Below are positions 39,301-53,480 of a stretch of DNA of 64,000 bases, piece after piece. Each line of letters starts with the position of its first letter. The first letter of the stretch is position 1. Location of the stretch: contig OZ024742.1 of the NCBI GenBank assembly GCA_964016885.1, positions 168,020,001 to 168,084,000 of the forward strand. The letters are read 5' to 3'. Source of the stretch: Eledone cirrhosa. Taxonomy: Eukaryota. Below the pieces are notes generated by a model that did no database searches, was not told the origin of the DNA, and saw only the letters and a program-made list of their open reading frames with translations. Both the position numbers and the translations under genes were made by a program.

Positions 39301-42300
39301 ATTAAAAATCCATTAAAAATCCATTAAAAATCCATTAAAAATCCATTAAAAATCCATTAAAAAATCCATTAAAAAATCCATTAAAAAATCCATTAAAAAA
39401 ATCCATTTAAAAAATCCATTAAAAAAATCCATTTAAAAAATCCATTAAAAAAAATCCATTAAAAAAAATTTCATTAAAAAAAGCCATTAAAAAAAATCCA
39501 TTAAAAAAAAATCCGTTAAAAAAATTCATTAAAAATCAATTAAAAAATCCATTAAAAAAAAATCCATTAAAAATCCATTAAAAAAATCCATTTAAAAAAT
39601 CCATTAAAAAATCCATTAAAGATCCATTAAAAATCCATTAAAAATCCATTAAAAAATCCATTAAAAAAACCCATTTAAAAAATCCATTAAAAAAATCCAT
39701 TTAAAAAATCCATTAAAAAAAATCCATTTAAAAAAACCCATTACAAAAAATCCATTAAAAAAAATCCATTAAAAAAAATCCATAAAAAAAATCCATTAAA
39801 AAAAATCCATTAAAAAAAAATCCGTTAAAAAAAATCCATTAAAAACTCAATCAAACACCCAATTAAAAGGCCATAAAAGAAACATTAAAACAGCATTTAA
39901 AATACCATTAAAAACGCCATAAAAAAATCATTAAAATTGTTTTATATGAAATTTATAATATGGCTTTTAATGAACTTTTTAATGGGCTTTTAGAATCATT
40001 AAAATCCCATTAAAAATACATTAAAGGCCCATTAAAAACGCCATAAAAAATCCATTAAAAAAAATCCATAAAAAAAAAATTCAATCAAAAACCCATAAAA
40101 GAAACATTAAAACAGCATTTAAAAAACCCATTAAAAATTCATTAAAAAAATCCATTTAAAAAATCCATTAAAAATCCATTAAAAATCCATTAAAAATCCA
40201 TTAAAAATCCATTAAAATCCATTAAAAATCCATTAAAAAAAAATCCATTAAAAAAATCCATTAAAAAAATCCATTAAAAAAATCCATTAAAAAAAATCCA
40301 TTAAAAAAATCCATTAAAAAAAAATCCATTAAAAAAAATCCATTAAAAAAAAAATCCGTTAAAAAAATCCATTAAAAACTCAATCAAAAACCCAATTAAA
40401 AGGCCATAAAAGAAACATTAAAACAGCATTTAAAATACCATTAAAAACGCCATAAAAAATCATTAAAATTCTTTTTTATGAAATTTATAATATGGCTTTT
40501 AATGAACTTTTTAATGGGCTTTTAGAATCATTAAAATCCCATTAAAAATACATTAAAGGCCCATTAAAAACGCCATAAAAAATCCATTAAAAAAAATCCA
40601 TTAAAAAAAAATTCAATCAAAAACCCATAAAAGAAACATTAAAACGGCATTTAAAAAACCCATTAAAAATTCATTAAAAAAATCCATTTAAAAAATCCAT
40701 TAAAAATCCATTAAAAATCCATTAAAAATCCATTAAAAATCCATTAAAAATCCATTAAAAAAAAATCCATTAAAAAAATCCATTAAAAAAATCCATTAAA
40801 AAAGCCATTAAAAATCCATTAAAAATCCATTAAAAATCCATTAAAAATCCATTAAAAATCCATTAAAAATCCATTAAAAAATCCATCTAAAAAAATCCAT
40901 TAAAAAAATCCATTAAAAAATTCATTTAAAAAATCCATTAAAAAAATCCATTTAAAAAATCCATTAAAAAAATCCATTTAAAAAATCCATTAAAAAAAAT
41001 CCATTAAAAAAAACTCAATCAAAAACCCATAAAAGAAACATTAAAACAGCATTTAAAAAATCCATTAAAAAAAAATCCATTAAAAAAAATCCATTAAAAA
41101 AGCCATTAAAAATCCATTAAAAATCCATTAAAAATCCATTAAAAATCCATTAAAAATCCATTAAAAATCCATTAAAAATCCATTAAAAAATCCATTAAAA
41201 AAATCCATTTAAAAAATCCATTAAAAAAATCCATTTAAAAAATCCATTAAAAAAATCCATTTAAAAAATCCATTAAAAAAAATCCATTAAAAAAAATCCA
41301 TTAAAAAAAGCCATTAAAAAAAATCCATTAAAAAAAAATCCGTTAAAAAAAATTCATTAAAAATCCATTAAAAATCCATTAAAAATCCATTAAAAATTCA
41401 TTAAAAAATCCATTTAAAAAAATCCATTAAAAAAATCCATTAAAAAATCCATTTAAAAATTCCATTAAAAAAATCCATTAAAAAAAATCCATAAAAAAAT
41501 ACATTAAAAAAATCCATTAAAAAATCCATTAAAAAAAAATCCATTAAAAATCCATTAAAAAAATCCATTTAAAAAATCCATTAAAAAATCCATTAAAAAT
41601 CCATTAAAAATCCATTAAAAATCCATTAAAAAATCCATTAAAAAAACCCATTTAAAAAATCCATTAAAAAAATCCATTTAAAAAATCCATTAAAAAAAAT
41701 CCATTTAAAAAAACCCATTAAAAAAAATCCATTAAAAAAATCCATTTAAAAAATCCATTAAAAAAAATCCATTAAAAAAAATCCATAAAAAAAATCCATT
41801 AAAAAAAATCCATTATAAAAAAATCCGTTAAAAAAAATCCATTAAAAACTCAATCAAAAACCCAATTAAAAGGCCATAAAAGAAACATTAAAACAGCATT
41901 TAAAATACCATTAAAAACGCCATAAAAAATCATTAAAATTGTTTTTTATGAAATTTATAATATGGCTTTTAATGAACTTTTTAATGGGCTTTTAGAATCA
42001 TTAAAATCCCATTAAAAATACATTAAAGGCCCATTAAAAACGCCATAAAAAATCCATTAAAAAAATCCATTAAAAAAAAATTCAATCAAAAACCCATAAA
42101 AGAAACATTAAAACAGCATTTAAAAAACCCATTAAAAATTCATTAAAAAAATCCATTTAAAAAATCCATTAAAAATCCATTAAAAATCCATTAAAAATCC
42201 ATTAAAAATCCATTAAAAAAAATCCATTAAAAAAATCCATTAAAAAATCCATTTAAAAAATCCATTAAAAAAAATCCATTAAAAAAAACTCAATCAAAAA

Positions 42301-42340
42301 CCCATAAAAGAAACATTAAAACAGCATTTAAAAAATCCAT
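36065..42340 (+). repeat. Tandem higher-order repeat, period 3112 bp, 2 copies
   Basis: Private variants sit at a constant 3112-bp offset: TAAAGATCC 36509/39621, ATTACAAAA 36632/39744, CAAACACCC 36741/39853, GTTTTATATG 36827/39939, and cassette cores 37359/40471 and 38829/41941. Confidence 0.92.
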
Positions 42341-45300
42341 TAAAAAAAATCCATTTAAAAAAATCCATTAAAAAAGCCATTAAAAATCCATTAAAAATCC
42401 ATTAAAAATCCATTAAAAATCCATTAAAAATCCATTAAAAATCCATTAAAAATCCATTAAAAATCCATTAAAAAATCCATCTAAAAAAATCCATTAAAAA
42501 AATCCATTAAAAAAATTCATTTAAAAAATCCATAAAAAAAATCCATTTAAAAAATCCATTAAAAAAAATCCATTAAAAAAAATCCATAAAAAAAATCCAT
42601 TAAAAAAAATCCATTGAAAAAAAATCCGTTAAAAAAAATCTATTAAAAATCCATTAAAAATCCATTAAAAATCCATTAAAAATCCATTAAAAATCCATTA
42701 AGAATCCATTAAAAATCCATTAAAAAATCCATTTAAAAAAATCCATTAAAAAAATCCATTAAAAAAATCCATTTAAAAAATCCATTAAAAAAAATCCATT
42801 AAAAAAAAATCCATTAAAAAAAAAATCCATTAAAAAAAATCAATTTAAAAAAATCCATTAAAAATCCATTAAAAAAATCCATTTAAAAAAATCCATTAAA
42901 AACCCATTAAAAATCCATTAGAAATCCATTAAAAAATCCATTTAAAAAACCCATTAAAAAAAATCCATTAAAAAAATCCATTTAAAAAATCCATTAAAAA
43001 AAATCCATTAAAAAAAAATCCATTAAAAAAAAAATCCATTAAAAAAAATCAATTTAAAAAAATCCATTAAAAATCCATTAAAAAAATCCATTTAAAAAAA
43101 TCCATTAAAAACCCATTAAAAATCCATTAGAAATCCATTAAAAAATCCATTTAAAAAACCCATTAAAAAAAATCCATTAAAAAAATCCATTTAAAAAATC
43201 CATTAAAAAATCCATTAAAAAAAATCCATTAAAAAAATCCATTTAAAAAATCCATTAAAAAAATCCATTAAAAAAAATCCTTAAAAAAATCCATTAAAAA
43301 AATCCATTAAAAAAATCCATTAAAAAAATCCATTAAAAAAATCCATTAAAAAAAATCCATTAAAAAAATCCATTTAAAAAATCCATTAAAAAAATCCATT
43401 AAAAAAATCCTTAAAATCCATTAAAAAAATCCATTAAAAAAATCCATTAAAAAAATTCATTAAAAATCCATTAAAAAAATCCATTTAAAAAAATCCATTA
43501 AAAATCCATTAAAAACCCATTAATAATCCATTAAAAATCCATTAAAAATCCATTAAAAAATCCATTTAAAAAACCCATTAAAAAAATCCATAAAAAAAAA
43601 TCCATTAAAAAAATCCATTAAAAAAAATCCATTTAAAAAAACCCATTAAAAAAATCCATTAAAAAAATCCATTTAAAAAATCCATTAAAAAAATCCATTA
43701 AAAAAAAATCCATAAAAAAAATCCATTAAAAAAAATCCATTAAAAACTCAATCAAAAACCCAATTAAAAGGCCATAAAAGAAACATTAAAACAGCATTTA
43801 AAATACCATTAAAAACGCCATAAAAAATCATTAAAATCCCATTAAAAATACATTAAAGGCCCATTAAAAACGCCATAAAAAATCCATTAAAAAAAACTCA
43901 ATCAAAAACCCATAAAAGAAACATTAAAACAGCATTTAAAAAACCCATTAAAAATTCATTAAAAAAATCCATTTAAAAAATCCATTAAAAATCCATTAAA
44001 AATCCATTAAAAATCCATTAAAAATCCATTAAAAGTCCATTAAAAATTCAGTAAAAAATCCATTTAAAAAAATCCATTAAAAAAATCCATTAAAAAATCA
44101 ATTTAAAAAATCCATTAAAAAAAATCCATTAAAAAAAATCCATAAAAAAATCCATTAAAAAAATCCATTAAAAAATCCATTAAAAAAAAATCCATTAAAA
44201 ATCCATTAAAAAAATCCATTTAAAAAATCCATTAAAAAATCCATTAAAAATCCATTAAAAATCCATTAAAAATCCATTAAAAAATCCATTAAAAAAACCC
44301 ATTTAAAAAATCCATTAAAAAAATCCATTTAAAAAATCCATTAAAAAAAATCCATTTAAAAAAACCCATTAAAAAAAATCCATTAAAAAAATCCATTTAA
44401 AAAATCCAGTAAAAAAAATCCATAAAAAAAAATCCATAAAAAAAATCCATTAAAAAAAATTCATTAAAAAAAAATCCGTTAAAAAAAATCCATTAAAAAC
44501 TCAATCAAAAACCCAATTAAAAGGCCATAAAAGAAATATTAAAACAGCATTTAAAATACCATTAAAAACGCCATAAAAAATCATTAAAATTGTTTTTTAT
44601 GAAATTTATAATATGGCTTTTAATGAACTTTTTAATGGGCTTTTAGAATCATTAAAATCCCATTAAAAATACATTAAAGGCCCATTAAAAACGCCATAAA
44701 AAATCCATTAAAAAAAATCCATTAAAAAAAAACTCAATCAAAAACCCATAAAAGAAACATTAAAACAGCATTTAAAAAATCCATTAAAAAAAATCCATTT
44801 AAAAAAATCCATTAAAAAAGCCATTAAAAATCCATTAAAAATCCATTAAAAATCCATTAAAAATCCATTAAAAATCCATTAAAATCCATTAAAAATCCAT
44901 TAAAAATCCATTAAAAAATCCATCTAAAAAAATCCATTAAAAAAATCCATTAAAAAAATTCATTTAAAAAATCCATTAAAAAAATCCATTTAAAAAATCC
45001 ATTAAAAAAAATCCATTAAAAAAAATCCATAAAAAAAATCCATTAAAAAAAATCCATTAAAAAAAATCCGTTAAAAAAAATCTATTAAAAATCCATTAAA
45101 AATCCATTAAAAATCCATTAAAATTCCATTAAAAATCCATTAAAAATCCATTAAAAAATCCATTTAAAAAAATCCATTAAAAAATCCATTAAAAAAATCC
45201 ATTTAAAAAATCCATTAAAAAAAAATCCATTAAAAAAAAATCCATTAAAAAAAAATCCATTAAAAAAAATCCATTAAAAATCCATTAAAAAAATCCATTT

Positions 45301-48300
45301 AAAAAAATCCATTAAAAACCCATTAAAAATCCATTAAAAATCCATTAAAAAATCCATTTAAAAAACCCATTAAAAAAAATCCATTAAAAAAATCCATTTA
45401 AAAAATCCATTAAAAAAATCCATTAAAAAAAATCCATTAAAAAAGTCCATTTAAAAAATCCATTAAAAAAATCCATTAAAAAAAATCCTTAAAAAAATCC
45501 ATTAAAAAAATCCATTAAAAAAATCCATTAAAAAAATCCATTAAAAAAAATCCATTAAAAAAATCCATTTAAAAAATCCATTAAAAAAATCCATTAAAAA
45601 AATCCTTAAAATCCATTAAAAAAATCCATTAAAAAAATCCATTAAAAAAATCCATTAAAAATCCATTAAAAAAATCCATTTAAAAAAATCCATTAAAAAT
45701 CCATTAAAAACCCATTAATAATCCATTAAAAATCCATTAAAAATCCATTAAAAAATCCATTTAAAAAACCCATTAAAAAAATCCATTAAAAAAAATCCAC
45801 TAAAAAAATCCATTAAAAAAAATCCATTTAAAAAAACCCATTAAAAAAATCCATTAAAAATCCATTAAAAATCCATTAAAAATCCATTAAAAATCCATTA
45901 AAAAATCCAATTAAAAAAATCCATTAAAAAAATCCATTAAAAAATCCATTTAAAAAATCCATTAAAAAAAATCCATTAAAAAAAATCCATTAAAAAAAAA
46001 TCCATTAAAAAAAATCCATTAAAAAAAAAATCCGTTAAAAAAATCCATTAAAAACTCAATCAAAAACCCAATTAAAAGGCCATAAAAGAAACATTAAAAC
46101 AACATTTAAAATACCATTAAAAACGCCATAAAAAATCATTAAAATTCTTTTTTATGAAATTTATAATATGGCTTTTAATGAACTTTTTAATGGGCTTTTA
46201 GAATCATTAAAATCCCATTAAAAATACATTAAAGGCCCATTAAAAACGCCATAAAAAATCCATTAAAAAAAATCCATTAAAAAAAAATTCAATCAAAAAC
46301 CCATAAAAGAAACATTAAAACGGCATTTAAAAAACCCATTAAAAATTCATTAAAAAAATCCATTTAAAAAATCCATTAAAACTCCATTAAAAATCCATTA
46401 AAAATCCATTAAAAATCCATTAAAAAAAAATCCATTAAAAAAATCCATTAAAAAATCCATTTAAAAAATCCATTAAAAAAAATCCATTAAAAAAAACTCA
46501 ATCAAAAACCCATAAAAGAAACATTAAAACATCATTTAAAAAATCCATTAAAAAAAATCCATTTAAAAAAATCCATTAAAAAAGCCATTAAAAATCCATT
46601 AAAAATCCATTAAAAATCCATTAAAAATCCATTAAAAATCCATTAAAAATCCATTAAAAATCCATTAAAAAATCCATCTAAAAAAATCCATTAAAAAAAT
46701 CCATTAAAAAAATTCATTTAAAAAATCCATAAAAAAAATCCATTTAAAAAATCCATTAAAAAAAATCCATTAAAAAAAAATCCATAAAAAAAATCCATTA
46801 AAAAAAATCCATTAAAAAAAATCCGTTAAAAAAAATCTATTAAAAACCCATTAAAAATCCATTAAAAATCCATTAAAAATCCATTAAAAATCCATTAAAA
46901 ATCCATTAAAAATCCATTAAAAAATCTATTTAAAAAAATCCATTAAAAAAATCCATTAAAAAAATCCATTTAAAAAATCCATTAAAAAAAATCCATAAAA
47001 AAAAAATCCATTAAAAAAAAATCCATTAAAAAAAATCAATTTAAAAAAATCCATTAAAAATCCATTAAAAAATCCATTTAAAAAAATCCATTAAAAACCC
47101 ATTAAAAATCCATTAGAAATCCATTAAAAAATCCATTTAAAAAACCCATTAAAAAAAATCCATAAAAAAATCCATTTAAAAAATCCATTAAAAAAATCCA
47201 TTAAAAAAAATCCATTAAAAAAATCCATTTAAAAAATCCATTAAAAAAATCCATTAAAAAAATCCTTAAAAAAATCCATTAAAAAAATCCATTAAAAAAA
47301 TCCATTTAAAAAATCCATTAAAAAAATCCATTAAAAAAATCCTTAAAATCCATTAAAAAAATCCATTAAAAAAATCCATTAAAAAAATCCATTAAAAATC
47401 CATTAAAAAAATCCATTAAAAAAAATCCATTAAAAACCCATTAATAATCCATTAAAAATCCATTAAAAAAATCCATAAAAAAAAATCCATTAAAAAAATC
47501 CATTAAAAAAAATCCATTTAAAAAAACCCATTAAAAAAATCCATTAAAAAAATCCATTTAAAAAATCCATTAAAAAAATCCATTAAAAAAAAATCCATAA
47601 AAAAAATCCATTAAAAAAAATCCATTAAAAACTCAATCAAAAACCCAATTAAAAGGCCATAAAAGAAACATTAAAACAGCATTTAAAATACCATTAAAAA
47701 CGCCATAAAAAATCATTAAAATCCCATTAAAAATACATTAAAGGCCCATTAAAAACGCCATAAAAAATCCATTAAAAAAAACTCAATCAAAAATCCATTA
47801 AAAATCCATTAAAAATCCATTAAAAATCCATTAAAAATTCATTAAAAAATCCATTTAAAAAAATCCATTAAAAAATCCATTTAAAAAATCCATTAAAAAA
47901 AATCCATTAAAAAAAATCCATAAAAAAATCCATTAAAAAAATCCATTAAAAAATCCATTAAAAAAAAATCCATTAAAAAAACCCATTTAAAAAATCCATT
48001 AAAAAAATCCATTTAAAAAATCCATTAAAAAAGTCCATTTAAAAAAACCCATTAAAAAAAATCCATTAAAAAAATCCATTTAAAAAATCCAGTAAAAAAA
48101 ATCCATTAAAAAAAATCCATAAAAAAAATCCATTAAAAAAAATTCATTAAAAAAAAATCCGTTAAAAAAAATCCATTAAAAACTCAATCAAAAACCCAAT
48201 TAAAAGGCCATAAAAGAAACATTAAAACAGCATTTAAAATACCATTAAAAACGCCATAAAAAATCATTAAAATTGTTTTTTATGAAATTTATAATATGGC

Positions 48301-50377
48301 TTTTAATGAACTTTTTAATGGGCTTTTAGAATCATTAAAATCCCATTAAAAATACATTAAAGGCCCATTAAAAACGCCATAAAAAATCCATTAAAAAAAA
48401 TCCATTAAAAAAAAATTCAATCAAAAACCCATAAAAGAAACATTAAAACAGCATTTAAAAAACCCATTAAAAATTCATTAAAAAAATCCATTTAAAAAAT
48501 CCATTAAAAATCCATTAAAAATCCATTAAAAATCCATTAAAAATCCATTAAAAAAAAATCCATTAAAAAAATCCATTAAAAAAATCCATTTAAAAAATCG
48601 ATTAAAAAAATCCATTAAAAAAAATCCATTAAAAAAAAATCCATTAAAAAAAATCCATTAAAAAAAAAATCCGTTAAAAAAGTCCATTAAAAACTCAATC
48701 AAAAACCCAATTAAAAGGCCATAAAAGAAACATTAAAACAGCATTTAAAATACCATTAAAAACGCCATAAAAAATCATTAAAATTCTTTTTTATGAAATT
48801 TATAATATGGCTTTTAATGAACTTTTTAATGGGCTTTTAGAATCATTAAAATCCCATTAAAAATACATTAAAGGCCCATTAAAAACGCCATAAAAAATCC
48901 ATTAAAAAAAATCCATTAAAAAAAATCCATTAAAAAAAACTCAATCAAAAACCCATAAAAGAAACATTAAAACAGCATTTAAAAAATCCATTAAAAAAAA
49001 ATCCATTTAAAAAAATCCATTAAAAAAGCCATTAAAAATCCATTAAAAATCCATTAAAAATCCATTAAAAATCCATTAAAAATCCATTAAAAATCCATTA
49101 AAAATCCATTAAAAATCCATTAAAAAATCCATTAAAAAAATCCATTAAAAAATCCATTAAAAAAATCCATTTAAAAAATCCATTAAAAAAATCCATTTAA
49201 AAAATCCATTAAAAAAAATCCATTAAAAAAAATCCATTAAAAAAAGCCATTAAAAAAAATCCATTAAAAAAAAATCCGTTAAAAAAAATTCATTAAAAAT
49301 CCATTAAAAAATCCATTAAAAAAAAATCCATTAAAAATCCATTAAAAAAATCCATTTAAAAAATCCATTAAAAAATCCATTAAAAATCCATTAAAAATCC
49401 ATTAAAAATCCATTAAAAAATCCATTAAAAAAACCCATTTAAAAAATCCATTAAAAAAATCCATTTAAAAAATCCATTAAAAAAAATCCATTTAAAAAAA
49501 CCCATTAAAAAAAATCCATTAAAAAAATCCATTTAAAAAATCCATTAAAAAAAATCCATTAAAAAAAATCCATAAAAAAAATCCATTAAAAAAAATCCAT
49601 TAAAAAAAAATCCGTTAAAAAAAATCCATTAAAAACTCAATCAAACACCCAATTAAAAGGCCATGAAAGAAACATTAAAACAGCATTTAAAATACCATTA
49701 AAAACGCCATAAAAAAATCATTAAAATTGTTTTTTATGAAATTTATAATATGGCTTTTAATGAACTTTTTAATGGGCTTTTAGAATCATTAAAATCCCAT
49801 TAAAAATACATTAAAGGCCCATTAAAAACGCCATAAAAAATCCATTAAAAAAAAATTCAATCAAAAACCCATAAAAGAAACATTAAAACAGCATTTAAAA
49901 AACCCATTAAAAATTCATTAAAAAAATCCATTTAAAAAATCCATTAAAAATCCATTAAAAATCCATTAAAAATCCATTAAAAATCCATTAAAAATCCATT
50001 AAAAAAAAATCCATTAAAAAAATCCATAAAAAAAATCCATTTAAAAAATCCATTAAAAAAAATCCATTAAAAAAATCCATTAAAAAAAAATCCATTAAAA
50101 AAAATCCATTAAAAAAAAAATCCGTTAAAAAAATCCATTAAAAACTCAATCAAAAACCCAATTAAAAGGCCATAAAAGAAACATTAAAACAGCATTTAAA
50201 ATACCATTAAAAACGCCATAAAAAATCATTAAAATTCTTTTTTATGAAATTTATAATATGGCTTTTAATGAACTTTTTAATGGGCTTTTAGAATCATTAA
50301 AATCCCATTAAAAATACATTAAAGGCCCATTAAAAACGCCATAAAAAATCCATTAAAAAAAATCCATTAAAAAAAAA

Positions 50378-53300
50378 TTCAATCAAAAACCCATAAAAGA
50401 AACATTAAAACGGCATTTAAAAAACCCATTAAAAATTCATTAAAAAAATCCATTTAAAAAATCCATTAAAAATCCATTAAAAATCCATTAAAAATCCATT
50501 AAAAATCCATTAAAAATCCATTAAAAATCCATTAAAAAAAAATCCATTAAAAAAATCCATTAAAAAAATCCATTAAAAAAGCCATTAAAAATCCATTAAA
50601 AATCCATTAAAAATCCATTAAAAATCCATTAAAAATCCATTAAAAATCCATTAAAAAATCCATCTAAAAAAATCCATTAAAAAAATCCATTAAAAAATTC
50701 ATTTAAAAAATCCATTAAAAAAATCCATTTAAAAAATCCATTAAAAAAATCCATTTAAAAAATCCATTAAAAAAAATCCATTAAAAAAAACTCAATCAAA
50801 AACCCATAAAAGAAACATTAAAACAGCATTTAAAAAATCCATTAAAAAAAAATCCATTTAAAAAAATCCATTAAAAAAGCCATTAAAAATCCATTAAAAA
50901 TCCATTAAAAATCCATTAAAAATCCATTAAAAATCCATTAAAAATCCATTAAAAATCCATTAAAAAATCCATTAAAAAAATCCATTAAAAAAATCCATTA
51001 AAAAAATCCATTTAAAAAATCCATTAAAAAAATCCATTTAAAAAATCCATTAAAAAAATCCATTAAAAAAAATCCATTAAAAAAAGCCATTAAAAAAAAT
51101 CCATTAAAAAAAAATCCGTTAAAAAAAATTCATTAAAAATCCATTAAAAATCCATTAAAAATCCATTAAAAATTCATTAAAAAATCCATTTAAAAAAATC
51201 CATTAAAAAAATCCATTAAAAAATCCATTTAAAAATTCCATTAAAAAAAATCCATTAAAAAAAATCCATAAAAAAATCCATTAAAAAAATCCATTAAAAA
51301 ATCCATTAAAAAAAAATCCATTAAAAATCCATTAAAAAAATCCATTTAAAAAATCCATTAAAAAATCCATTAAAAATCCATTAAAAATCCATTAAAAATC
51401 CATTAAAAAATCCATTAAAAAAACCCATTTAAAAAATCCATTAAAAAAATCCATTTAAAAAATCCATTAAAAAAAATCCATTTAAAAAAACCCATTAAAA
51501 AAAATCCATTAAAAAAATCCATTTAAAAAATCCATTAAAAAAAATCCATTAAAAAAAATCCATAAAAAAAATCCATTAAAAAAAATCCATTATAAAAAAA
51601 TCCGTTAAAAAAAATCCATTAAAAACTCAATCAAAAACCCAATTAAAAGGCCATAAAAGAAACATTAAAACAGCATTTAAAATACCATTAAAAACGCCAT
51701 AAAAAATCATTAAAATTGTTTTTTATGAAATTTATAATATGGCTTTTAATGAACTTTTTAATGGGCTTTTAGAATCATTAAAATCCCATTAAAAATACAT
51801 TAAAGGATCCCATTAAAAATACATTAAAGGCCCATTAAAAACGCCATAAAAAATCCATTAAAAAAAATCCATTAAAAAAAAATTCAATCAAAAACTCATA
51901 AAAGAAACATTAAAACAGCATTTAAAAAACCCATTAAAAATTCATTAAAAAAATCCATTTAAAAAATCCATTAAAAATCCATTAAAAATCCATTAAAAAT
52001 CCATTAAAAATCCATTAAAAATCCATTAAAAATCCATTAAAAAAAAATCCATTAAAAAAATCCATTAAAAAAATCCATTAAAAAAGCCATTAAAAATCCA
52101 TTAAAAATCCATTAAAAATCCATTAAAAATCCATTAAAAATCCATTAAAAATCCATTAAAAAATCCATCTAAAAAAATCCATTAAAAAAATCCATTAAAA
52201 AATTCATTTAAAAAATCCATTAAAAAAATCCATTTAAAAAATCCATTAAAAAAATCCATTTAAAAAATCCATTAAAAAAAATCCATTAAAAAAAACTCAA
52301 TCAAAAACCCATAAAAGAAACATTAAAACAACATTTAAAAAATCCATTAAAAAAAAATCCATTTAAAAAAATCCATTAAAAAAGCCATTAAAAATCCATT
52401 AAAAATCCATTAAAAATCCATTAAAAATCCATTAAAAATCCATTAAAAATCCATTAAAAATCCATTAAAAAATCCATTAAAAAAATCCATTAAAAAAATC
52501 CATTAAAAAAATCCATTTAAAAAATCCATTAAAAAAATCCATTTAAAAAATCCATTAAAAAAATCCATTAAAAAAAATCCATTAAAAAAAGCCATTAAAA
52601 AAAATCCATTAAAAAAAAATCCGTTAAAAAAAATTCATTAAAAATCCATTAAAAATCCATTAAAAATCCATTAAAAATTCATTAAAAAATCCATTTAAAA
52701 AAATCCATTAAAAAAATCCATTAAAAAATCCATTTAAAAATTCCATTAAAAAAAATCCATTAAAAAAAATCCATAAAAAAATCCATTAAAAAAATCCATT
52801 AAAAAATCCATTAAAAAAAAATCCATTAAAAATCCATTAAAAAAATCCATTTAAAAAATCCATTAAAAAATCCATTAAAAATCCATTAAAAATCCATTAA
52901 AAATCCATTAAAAAATCCATTAAAAAAACCCATTTAAAAAATCCATTAAAAAAATCCATTTAAAAAATCCATTAAAAAAAATCCATTTAAAAAAACCCAT
53001 TAAAAAAAATCCATTAAAAAAATCCATTTAAAAAATCCATTAAAAAAAATCCATTAAAAAAAATCCATAAAAAAAATCCATTAAAAAAAATCCATTATAA
53101 AAAAATCCGTTAAAAAAAATCCATTAAAAACTCAATCAAAAACCCAATTAAAAGGCCATAAAAGAAACATTAAAACAGCATTTAAAATACCATTAAAAAC
53201 GCCATAAAAAATCATTAAAATTGTTTTTTATGAAATTTATAATATGGCTTTTAATGAACTTTTTAATGGGCTTTTAGAATCATTAAAATCCCATTAAAAA

Positions 53301-53480
53301 TACATTAAAGGCCCATTAAAAACGCCATAAAAAATCCATTAAAAAAATCCATTAAAAAAAAATTCAATCAAAAACTCATAAAAGAAACATTAAAACAGCA
53401 TTTAAAAAACCCATTAAAAATTCATTAAAAAAATCCATTTAAAAAATCCATTAAAAATCCATTAAAAATCCATTAAAAAT
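50378..53480 (+). repeat. Tandem higher-order repeat, period ~1.5 kb, 2 copies
   Basis: CATTATAAAA at ~51593/53098 and cores at 51718/53223 give an offset of 1505. AAAACTCATA at 51895/53375 gives 1480, after a 24-bp duplication in the first copy. Confidence 0.85.
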
